Virus record (IMG/VR): IMGVR_UViG_3300042256_000013
Span: 288,001 to 352,000 of that record
Strand: one strand, 5' to 3'
From: a virus
Lineage: Duplodnaviria; Heunggongvirae; Uroviricota; Caudoviricetes
Length of the DNA stretch: 64,000 nucleotides
Position numbers and translations under genes: made by a program. This document shows, piece after piece, positions 57,086-64,000 of this stretch; position 1 is the first letter of the stretch, and each line of letters starts with the position of its first letter. The notes under the pieces were generated by a model that was not told the origin of the DNA, made no database searches, and saw only the letters and a list, made by a program, of their open reading frames with translations.

Positions 57086-57997
57086 TTATACCTCGTATGG
57101 TTTAAGTACTTCTTGGTTCTGTCGGAACCGATTTACGTAATCATTTTCACCACGTTCACGATACATTGTAATAATAGTATCAAAGTTTTCCCATGCGTAG
57201 TGCCTGAACCATCCAGAAGTAATGCTTGTACAAACTTTAATTAGTGCAGTTACAAATGAACTACGTGGATCTAATTCAAAGTTATTAGGGATTTGTGAAC
57301 GTTCAAGTGCAAGAACACAAGTTTCTTCATATACACCAAGAAGTCTAATACGTTCCGGTTGAGCAAAGAATTTATCTTTACTCGTCATAACATCTGCACC
57401 TTCAACAATATAATTCATGTAAGCAGGTTTATTATCAATCATAATTGCTTCATGAATAGTATCGTGATCATAGATGTAATTAACTCCATCACCACTGAAG
57501 AACGATGCTTTATTCTGATCCAGTACTGGATGCTTGTAGTTATACGTTTCTTTCTCACGAAGTTTGAAGATTTCATGTAGTACTGGATCATCCATATTAG
57601 CACCTAGTTTACGCATCAACATAATATCACGATGTGTTTTGATGAAATGTGGAGAATTCCGCAAGAATCGGTGTGACATTTTAATTGCGTACATAACATT
57701 TAATCCAGCACGTACATTTCTATTATCAGCATTGCAATAATTGATCAATTGTTCAGTACTGTTATTAGAATGACCAAAATAGATTTCAATATTTTTCTGG
57801 AACTCTGGCATTTCACTGTCTGTATATAACAGATGTGCATAATCTTCAGTACGCTCAATTTCTACAGTATCTTGTAATCGTGCAGACCATTTTTCATATT
57901 CTGCATGAGTCATCATTGCATCAAAATCACGAATATTATTTTTACGCATGAAATTAACTCCACTACTACTTCCAATAATCAACATATTAATCACCAA
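57086..57997 (-). CDS. Conserved phage protein with N-terminal nucleotidyltransferase-like motif (start probably MLIIGS)
   Basis: IIGS...RDFD; YDHDTIHE; EETCVLALER; TSGWFR. Confidence 0.6.
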   Translation of the reverse strand: MVINMLIIGSSSGVNFMRKNNIRDFDAMMTHAEYEKWSARLQDTVEIERTEDYAHLLYTDSEMPEFQKNIEIYFGHSNNSTEQLINYCNADNRNVRAGLNVMYAIKMSHRFLRNSPHFIKTHRDIMLMRKLGANMDDPVLHEIFKLREKETYNYKHPVLDQNKASFFSGDGVNYIYDHDTIHEAIMIDNKPAYMNYIVEGADVMTSKDKFFAQPERIRLLGVYEETCVLALERSQIPNNFELDPRSSFVTALIKVCTSITSGWFRHYAWENFDTIITMYRERGENDYVNRFRQNQEVLKPYEV

Positions 57998-58055
57998 TGG
58001 TTAGAGTATATTGTCATAATTTAATTAAAATGGGGAACACGGTTCCCCTATTATA

Positions 58056-58298
58056 TTAGCAGAATGCAGAACTACTAATCCAATGACCAGTTTCGCCGTA
58101 TGTCGAGGCATACCAATCATCAAGATATTGATAGTTATCTGAATCTTCATCGCACATTTCTTTGATAGCACTTCCTGGATAAAATGTTTCATCCATAACA
58201 CTGAATTCCTGACCAGTTTCATTAGCCAGTACTTCACCTTCTTTTATCAGTACTGCGATTTCTTTCTCAATTTGAGATAAACGTTTTGCTTTACTCAT
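58056..58298 (-). CDS. Small hypothetical protein (W.SS..C family)
   Basis: C-terminal GHWISSSAFC. Confidence 0.65.
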   Translation of the reverse strand: MSKAKRLSQIEKEIAVLIKEGEVLANETGQEFSVMDETFYPGSAIKEMCDEDSDNYQYLDDWYASTYGETGHWISSSAFC

Positions 58299-58307
58299 TT
58301 CAGTACC

Positions 58308-58553
58308 TTAGCATGTTTGGCTTGATGCAACCCAACCACCTTGATCTGCATCAAGATAGTATTCATTTACAAGCCATGATTCATCTTCGTCTTGAAGAAT
58401 AGCTGGTGGGTAATATGTACCACCCATACCATATGATACATCAAGACTAAAAGAAATACCATGTTCATCTGCAATAGAGATTGCGTCAGCGATTGCTTCA
58501 TCAATTTTTTGTACTGCTGCGGCTAACTGCTGTTTTGGGGTTAATTCACTCAT
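58308..58553 (-). CDS. Small hypothetical protein (W.SS..C family)
   Basis: YGMGGTYYP, C-terminal GGWVASSQTC. Confidence 0.65.
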   Translation of the reverse strand: MSELTPKQQLAAAVQKIDEAIADAISIADEHGISFSLDVSYGMGGTYYPPAILQDEDESWLVNEYYLDADQGGWVASSQTC

Positions 58554-58825
58554 TAGTAATCTTCGTCTTCTTCGTCATCTTCAGAGGTTTCATGGTTCCA
58601 TGAATCACTTGACCATTGAGATAACATTTGTTGAACTTCTTTTTCTTCTACATCAGTGGTATCATCATCAAATGCATAATGATAGTCGCCAACTGGTGCA
58701 AACCAATCCATACCATCGTATAGTTCAGTTTTAATTTCTTCAACTGTTTTGTTCACGAACAATTCAGTATAGTGATCACTCGACTCACTAATAATATGTA
58801 ATGCTACAATCATCTTCCAATCCAT
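58553..58825 (-). CDS. Acidic hypothetical protein
   Basis: Packed ORF. Confidence 0.6.
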   Translation of the reverse strand: MDWKMIVALHIISESSDHYTELFVNKTVEEIKTELYDGMDWFAPVGDYHYAFDDDTTDVEEKEVQQMLSQWSSDSWNHETSEDDEEDEDY

Positions 58826-59166
58826 TCCACGTTAGCATCAGTACTGCGATATTTGCTTGTACTTTGATCTTCATTCCAACGTTCTTCACAACACTTACAT
58901 GTAATAGCGTACCAATAAGAATCATCGGTTTTACACCAGTTTCCAGTATCAGCTTCTGGTTTTACAGTTACATATTTGTGTTTACAGTTAACTCTGAACG
59001 CATTTAAATCACTTATAGCTTTACCAGAGATTTCACGTAAACGTAAGTATTCCATACGTTGTGCTGCGAATTCCTGGTCTTCAGCATCTTTAAGTTCCTG
59101 ATATTCCATTGCACGTTCTTTAGACGTGAATTCAGATCCATCAGGAGTTATATAAACTTTAGTCAT
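58810..59166 (-). CDS. Hypothetical protein with Cys/His motif
   Basis: CKH..DTGNWCKTDDSYW..CKCC. Confidence 0.65.
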   Translation of the reverse strand: MTKVYITPDGSEFTSKERAMEYQELKDAEDQEFAAQRMEYLRLREISGKAISDLNAFRVNCKHKYVTVKPEADTGNWCKTDDSYWYAITCKCCEERWNEDQSTSKYRSTDANVEWIGR

Positions 59167-59366
59167 TTGTTTTTCCTATCTCTGATTTTTTCAACTATTA
59201 ACATAGGAATCAAAATGAACCATAGTACTGCGAATCCAGAATTAATAAAGAATCCTATTGGTTCATTCCAACTTTTTTCCATAGTATTAGAAATGACAAG
59301 CGTTAGTACTAATCCTACTACATAGATTATACAAACAATACCGATAAATTCTAACATTAGTCCCAC
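59163..59366 (-). CDS. Small membrane protein
   Basis: Two TM segments. Confidence 0.55.
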   Translation of the reverse strand: MGLMLEFIGIVCIIYVVGLVLTLVISNTMEKSWNEPIGFFINSGFAVLWFILIPMLIVEKIRDRKNK

Positions 59367-59707
59367 CCTAAATGATAACGCCAGCCTTGGGAACCGAAAG
59401 CATCATCATTATCACCAGCATCAAGAATGCTAATCATAAATTCGATTTCATCAGAAACCATAACGCCATTAACTGGAATTGAATTGGAAATATTGTCAAG
59501 TACTGCGGGGGTAAGTGGTGAGTAGTTTTCGAATAAGTCTTCGAAATCTGCATCGTCATGTCCAGAATAGTATTCGCGGTCAAATTCAACTACAAGATTA
59601 TACATAGTTCTTATATCACGGGCAAAAGAATCACGGTCAGATTCAGTACTGAATACTCCGTTAACTTCTAATTCGTTTTGTAATTTACCAAATTCACGTT
59701 CAGTCAT
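59357..59707 (-). CDS. Hypothetical protein
   Basis: C-terminal DDAFGSQGWRY. Confidence 0.65.
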   Translation of the reverse strand: MTEREFGKLQNELEVNGVFSTESDRDSFARDIRTMYNLVVEFDREYYSGHDDADFEDLFENYSPLTPAVLDNISNSIPVNGVMVSDEIEFMISILDAGDNDDAFGSQGWRYHLGWD

Positions 59708-59994
59708 ACGTAACGCTCCATCAATTTATCAAAGATTTCTTTTAATGATTTTCCATTGAACCAATCAACTAACTCTAAATCATTAAAAGATGAATCTTCA
59801 TCTTGATCTTCAGCGTGTTCATAGATTTCAACCATCCACGTTTTATTGAAATTTATATCAATTTTAAATACAAGTTCATTAAACGTGGATTCTTCAATAG
59901 TATCCATAATATTAGATACATATTCAAACTGTTCGTCTTCCGAGAGTTCATCAGGGAAGACGTATTTTACTTCATTAGCCATAACGTTTACCAA
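59704..59994 (-). CDS. Acidic hypothetical protein
   Basis: Packed ORF. Confidence 0.6.
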   Translation of the reverse strand: MVNVMANEVKYVFPDELSEDEQFEYVSNIMDTIEESTFNELVFKIDINFNKTWMVEIYEHAEDQDEDSSFNDLELVDWFNGKSLKEIFDKLMERYV

Positions 59995-60139
59995 TTAACC
60001 ACAGGCCAATTAATGCCAGTAGTGGAGAGAATACAACTGCTACTACACCCCAAATAAATGGACTACGTTTCTGTTTGTTCGCGAAAACAATAACCAGAAC
60101 AAATGCGATGATCCAAATCAGTGTAAAAAAGATGCTCAT
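59975..60139 (-). CDS. Small two-TM membrane protein (54 aa, not in the ORF track)
   Basis: MSIFFTLIWIIAFVLVIVFANKQKRSPFIWGVVAVVFSPLLALIGLWLIGKRYG; AAGGA RBS. Confidence 0.6.
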   Translation of the reverse strand: MSIFFTLIWIIAFVLVIVFANKQKRSPFIWGVVAVVFSPLLALIGLWLIGKRYG

Positions 60140-60149
60140 ATTTTATTCC

Positions 60150-60353
60150 TTACCAGTCGAGTTTACTTGCTCGTTCGTTGATCATTTTGATTGCTTCTTG
60201 ACGATTACGTTCATGTTCGTAATCTTCTTTTGTCCAGGGAACTTCTATGAGTTCCAATCCACAGCAGCGGCCTAACATGAATTCTTCCGAACCATAGCCA
60301 TCACCACAAATTTGACAAACTGTTTTAGTACGAATGTGATGTACATTAGTCAT
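60150..60353 (-). CDS. Small zinc-ribbon protein
   Basis: CQICG..RCCG; start reassigned to MTNVHH. Confidence 0.55.
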   Translation of the reverse strand: MTNVHHIRTKTVCQICGDGYGSEEFMLGRCCGLELIEVPWTKEDYEHERNRQEAIKMINERASKLDW

Positions 60354-60600
60354 ACAAACCGTCCATAATAATATCATAATAGTTATCAAGAAATTCTTCT
60401 TCCTCAAAACCATAGTGTTTAGTATGAATAGTTATATCACGAACTTCATAATTAGGATTTTTAAGAAAATTATCAATCTGAGATTTTACAGAAGCATGAA
60501 TCTCTTCAGGAGATGCGTTCATAAACAACTCACTCCATGAGTAATTGCTATCCTCATAAAATCCTAGTACTACACAAGCGAATACTAACTTATCAGTCAT
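60346..60600 (-). CDS. Hypothetical protein
   Basis: Packed ORF. Confidence 0.55.
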   Translation of the reverse strand: MTDKLVFACVVLGFYEDSNYSWSELFMNASPEEIHASVKSQIDNFLKNPNYEVRDITIHTKHYGFEEEEFLDNYYDIIMDGLYD

Positions 60601-60860
60601 TTCTTTCTACTCCAATAGTCGAATGCATGAATAAAGATATTACGAATAGTAATATCATTAATATTATCCATGTGTTCTTTTATGACAGAAACATCATAAG
60701 TTTCGTTAGTTTGAATGTACTGAACAATATCTTTCATTGGTGGAAAAACCTCATATATATCTGAATTTCTGAATATTTGGGAAAAATAAACAGGGTCATT
60801 AATTATGAAATCACCAATACTACGAATCAATTGTTTCTCGTTTAACGAGTATTCATTCAT
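60597..60860 (-). CDS. Hypothetical protein
   Basis: Packed ORF. Confidence 0.55.
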   Translation of the reverse strand: MNEYSLNEKQLIRSIGDFIINDPVYFSQIFRNSDIYEVFPPMKDIVQYIQTNETYDVSVIKEHMDNINDITIRNIFIHAFDYWSRKK

Positions 60861-61059
60861 TTTGATTTCCAGGACTTGTCAGTACATCAACCTTAATATC
60901 ATATTGATCTTCTGGATAGATATTACGAAGAGAAGCTATACAACCACCAACACCCAAATACCCACCAATTGCGTTGAGATAATTCTCAGTACTTTGTGCG
61001 ATAATATCGTATGGTTCTTTGCTATCTTTTTTACGAATTGTATATACAACGTGAATCAT
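60853..61059 (-). CDS. Hypothetical protein
   Basis: AAGGAG RBS. Confidence 0.6.
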   Translation of the reverse strand: MIHVVYTIRKKDSKEPYDIIAQSTENYLNAIGGYLGVGGCIASLRNIYPEDQYDIKVDVLTSPGNQNE

Positions 61060-61083
61060 GTTGTACTCCTTATATGTTAAATT

Positions 61084-61109
61084 AAAAGAAAGGACACTAT
61101 AGTGTCCTT
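61084..61109 (-). terminator. Intrinsic terminator
   Basis: AAGGACACT-AT-AGTGTCCTT plus T-rich tract. Confidence 0.65.
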
Positions 61110-61809
61110 ATTTGTCTTTCCATTTTTTACCATTTTGCCAATCTGGATGACTTAATCTATAATCATTTTCATCCATAGTATGGGTGACAGTGCCATCTTT
61201 ATGAACTAACCATTTTCTTTTAGAAGCAGCAGATGAATAATTTTTCTTATGTTCTTCTGTTCGAATTTTTCCAGTATTACTTTTTCTAATTCCATCAGAC
61301 CATTTTTGTTTTTCAGAATAAGACATATTATAAAAACAAGGCTTTCCATACATAGGATTATTTTCACCAACGAATTTTCCTATCATACGTTCACTAATTT
61401 TTGAACAAAATTCATCTGTCATTTTCATTCCTTTATTCCATGATACCACTTCCCCATTGTCATATTGGGCTTTTCGTATTCTGGACATATTTTGAATGAA
61501 TTGTTCTTTTTCTTCATTACTCATAAATGCGGTCATTCCACCACGACCACCAACCTTACAATTATATGTATCTTTTCTTTTAATGAATTCTTCATTCACT
61601 ATTTCTTTTTCTTTATCATACATATCAGAAGGTGTATCTAAAATGAATAAGGTTTCTCTCTTAAAATTTTCTATACCATATTTTTTAATGGCAAGTTTTA
61701 TGTATTTCCCAGAACCCATATAACTGTCATTCAAATTTTCAGTTTTATGTGCTCCAATATAAATTTTATTATTAATTAAATTTGTTACTTTGTAAATTAA
61801 ATAGTGCAT
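61108..61809 (-). mobile_element. Free-standing GIY-YIG homing endonuclease (Seg-like) with NUMOD3-type repeats
   Basis: YLIYKVTNLINNKIYIGAH..YMGSG..YGIENF..YNCKVGG; GENNPMYGK, RTEEHKKN; start at MHYLIY after GGAGG. Confidence 0.88.
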
Positions 61810-61827
61810 ACAATCCTCCGTATGCAC

Positions 61828-61835
61828 TATTTATA
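61828..61835 (-). promoter_or_regulatory. T4-type late promoter
   Basis: Exact TATAAATA overlapping the RBS-sequestering hairpin. Confidence 0.7.
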
Positions 61836-61841
61836 TCATTG

Positions 61842-62768
61842 TTAGAAATTACCTTCCGCGACAGCAAACACTTTCAACTTCAAAAGTTTACGCCACATTT
61901 CCACAACTTTTTGCCTGTCATCGTAAACTTTTTTCACATCGAAATTATTGAAGACATGTTCCATATACAGTTCGTACTTCACAATGTCGTCTGAACGGCT
62001 GTCATCTGCACCACGCATGAAGATATGATCGTATGGAATCAAATATGTCTGAAGCCATTTTTCAGTTTCTTCTTTACAGGTTTCATGACGACCACTCATG
62101 ATGATCACTGTACGACCAAGATAGTTCTTTTCTGCCAGTACTGACAGAATTACTTCTGCGTCTGGATCATCGACAGATACTTTCGTTTCTTCGTATGGAC
62201 CACGTTTACCATTCATATGAGCCAAAGTACCGTCAATATCAACAACGATGGCTTCAGGAAGATTAGTATTCGTTGGTACTGGAGCAGTGAAAGAACTGTA
62301 GAAGTACTTTTCTGCCATACCATCGATCACTTCTTCCGGTACTGATTTTTCACGAAGCAGGTTACGTTCCTTACACAGTTTAACGTACTCCTTAACTGCA
62401 AAGAACTCGTGAATGAAAGTTTTACCTTTCTTGAATTCTTCAAAGAAGTTTTGTTCTTTGTAAGTATAGCCCTGCTCTTTTGCGAACTCTTTCCACTTCT
62501 CACGAACGGAAGGGTTCAGACCAGTGTCGGCAACAATGATGTTCCACTTGTTAGCTGCTGCATGTACCGCTGCACTGTACTGAGCGTTTTGCACGTACTG
62601 TTCGTTGTCTTTGCGGAACTTGTAGTTACTATGGGAACCAGCCATTGTTTGGCGAATGTCATCAAGGTTTACAATAACAGTCTTTGACCGTGCTGATTTC
62701 ACTTGTTCATTCGCCCAGGTAGTTTTACCGCAACCCGGCAATCCGATTGTTACTGTTACTTGTGGCAT
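61842..62768 (-). CDS. pseT: Polynucleotide 5'-kinase / 3'-phosphatase
   Basis: GLPGCGKTT, NLDDIR; HAD motif DIDGTLA, SGR, MR..DSRSD..VK, YDDR. Confidence 0.95.
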   Translation of the reverse strand: MPQVTVTIGLPGCGKTTWANEQVKSARSKTVIVNLDDIRQTMAGSHSNYKFRKDNEQYVQNAQYSAAVHAAANKWNIIVADTGLNPSVREKWKEFAKEQGYTYKEQNFFEEFKKGKTFIHEFFAVKEYVKLCKERNLLREKSVPEEVIDGMAEKYFYSSFTAPVPTNTNLPEAIVVDIDGTLAHMNGKRGPYEETKVSVDDPDAEVILSVLAEKNYLGRTVIIMSGRHETCKEETEKWLQTYLIPYDHIFMRGADDSRSDDIVKYELYMEHVFNNFDVKKVYDDRQKVVEMWRKLLKLKVFAVAEGNF

Positions 62769-62982
62769 TTTCTTTTCCTATTCCAAATTTATCAGAGAAA
62801 ATTTTCAATACATGTTCAGACAAACGAATACTCGCTGAGTCCTCGCGAGAACTGTATTTCAACGGTGTCCATTCTAACCCATTTGAATCGAGAAAGTCAA
62901 GCCCTCGGAAGTAATCTTTTAACGAATTAAATTTGATTACGGTCATATCCTGGACGATGCTATGTTGCACTTGTACTTTCAT
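62725..62982 (-). CDS. Hypothetical protein
   Basis: AGGAG RBS. Confidence 0.5.
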   Translation of the reverse strand: MKVQVQHSIVQDMTVIKFNSLKDYFRGLDFLDSNGLEWTPLKYSSREDSASIRLSEHVLKIFSDKFGIGKENATSNSNNRIAGLR

Positions 62983-62993
62983 GTGATTCTCCT

Positions 62994-63224
62994 TTAGATT
63001 ATAATGTACTTGTCATGGTACTTCATCGTCAAATTGAAGAATGCTCCTTCGTCGAAGTAGAATTCCCTATCGACAATAAAGGCCACGTCACCTATATTTC
63101 TTACATAGTCCAGCATCTCCTGCATAGTATATGCGGGTAGATCTGTATATGATATAACTGAAAATTCCTGATCTCGGTATAGTACTTTAGCCGTTTGTAA
63201 TGTTGTTTGATTACTCACGAGCAT
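62994..63224 (-). CDS. Hypothetical protein
   Basis: Packed ORF. Confidence 0.55.
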   Translation of the reverse strand: MLVSNQTTLQTAKVLYRDQEFSVISYTDLPAYTMQEMLDYVRNIGDVAFIVDREFYFDEGAFFNLTMKYHDKYIII

Positions 63225-63450
63225 ATCTTCCTAAATCATAAATTTTTGATTTTTTGTTTTTGGGCTTACGATCCTTCTTATACGCAGTTGAACTAACTCC
63301 AAAAGTATTTTTAAGACGCTTAGCAGATTTCTGAACCCCTTTCCTTGAGCGTTCAGACTGAACAGCGTCTATCTCTTGTAGTATTCTTCTATGTTCTTCA
63401 GGAGTTCGTACTTCGCCCTTTGTTGCTTTATACTTTGGTTTAGCCATCAC
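63211..63450 (-). CDS. Small basic hypothetical protein
   Basis: K/R-rich, AAGGAG RBS, TAAATA at 63468-63473. Confidence 0.55.
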   Translation of the reverse strand: MMAKPKYKATKGEVRTPEEHRRILQEIDAVQSERSRKGVQKSAKRLKNTFGVSSTAYKKDRKPKNKKSKIYDLGRYARE

Positions 63451-63482
63451 TACTCCTTGTGGTAGGCTATTTAGAAGTACTG

Positions 63483-64000
63483 TTAGAAGTCGAAATCCTT
63501 CAGTACTTCTTTCATGTATTTCAGCATCACACCCTTGTAATCAACAGGACGTTGTTGATACAGGCTGAACGCAATACCCGGCTTACCAAGTTCGTTAGGC
63601 AGAACCTTCTGAACCTGCAATGCGTAGTCCTTACGTTCGAGATGCTTGTTCTGATCGTAAAACGCTTCACTTTCAGTGACTAATGCATTATAGCACGAAA
63701 ATACAAGCTGTTCCATTTTTTCAATCTTTTTCATTGCGTACACGTCAGTACTGAACATCTGTTTCAGGTCATCAGATGCACCTTGTACTACAGTTTCGTA
63801 CAAGCGTGAATCAACGTTGATGCCATCCTTAGTAAAGTGCAGAGCACAATACCAGTCAGTTTTAATTTTGCACATACGACCATCTTTCAGGATCAGTACG
63901 TACCCTTCAATGTCTGTCATTGCACGACATGCATCAATACTTTCGAACAATGTTTCTTTCATTGGGAAAGTTGAATCAATTTCACCGTACTTCTCAAATA
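63483..64000 (-). CDS. rnlA: RNA ligase 1 (T4 RnlA-like), 3' part; the frame is open to the window edge
   Basis: IEGYVL..KIKTDWYCALH motifs IV/V, DDLK, RKDYA. Confidence 0.85.
   Translation of the reverse strand, partial: FEKYGEIDSTFPMKETLFESIDACRAMTDIEGYVLILKDGRMCKIKTDWYCALHFTKDGINVDSRLYETVVQGASDDLKQMFSTDVYAMKKIEKMEQLVFSCYNALVTESEAFYDQNKHLERKDYALQVQKVLPNELGKPGIAFSLYQQRPVDYKGVMLKYMKEVLKDFDF

Noticed and set aside
799-63683. Numerous plus-strand and nested out-of-frame ORFs in the track (e.g. 799-1185, 7237-7587, 16813-17202, 32306-32785, 33669-33998, 44083-44433, 46397-46816, 51415-51823)
   Set aside because: They are antisense or alternate-frame shadows of well-supported minus-strand genes, without RBS or motifs
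1-64000. tRNA genes, CRISPR arrays, integrase/IS elements, alternative genetic code
   Set aside because: No cloverleaf, repeat-spacer array or transposase was recognised; conserved genes are full length in the standard code

Overview
This AT-rich (about one third GC by eye), densely coded window is almost entirely on the minus strand and comes from a large lytic phage. Gene content (T4-like rnlA/pseT/DNA ligase/nrdDG/tdk/cd plus TyrRS, GroES, ClpP, PhoH, Thg1, NAMPT, NadM-Nudix) points to an enterobacterial jumbo myovirus of the GAP32/CBB/BF/RaK2 type; this is an inference, not a database hit. It carries nucleotide and NAD metabolism genes, an RNA/tRNA repair toolkit, a probable anti-defence cluster (Acb1-like 2H phosphoesterase, Sir2, NUDT16-like Nudix, NAMPT + NMNAT), a spanin pair, three paralogous probable virion proteins, a GIY-YIG homing endonuclease and many small hypothetical ORFs. 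Three unexplained signals stand out. (1) A ~470-nt hairpin-rich non-coding region (8922-9394) with its own promoter and terminator is a candidate large ornate ncRNA. (2) The palindrome AGTACT is strongly over-represented throughout the window, and the phage encodes an SPPY-type (m4C-like) DNA methyltransferase. (3) A covarying two-hairpin RNA leader is repeated in front of both NAD-salvage genes. Two further structured intergenic RNA candidates lie at 32.4 kb and 37.8 kb. I saw no tRNA, rRNA or CRISPR array. All calls come from motif recognition by eye.
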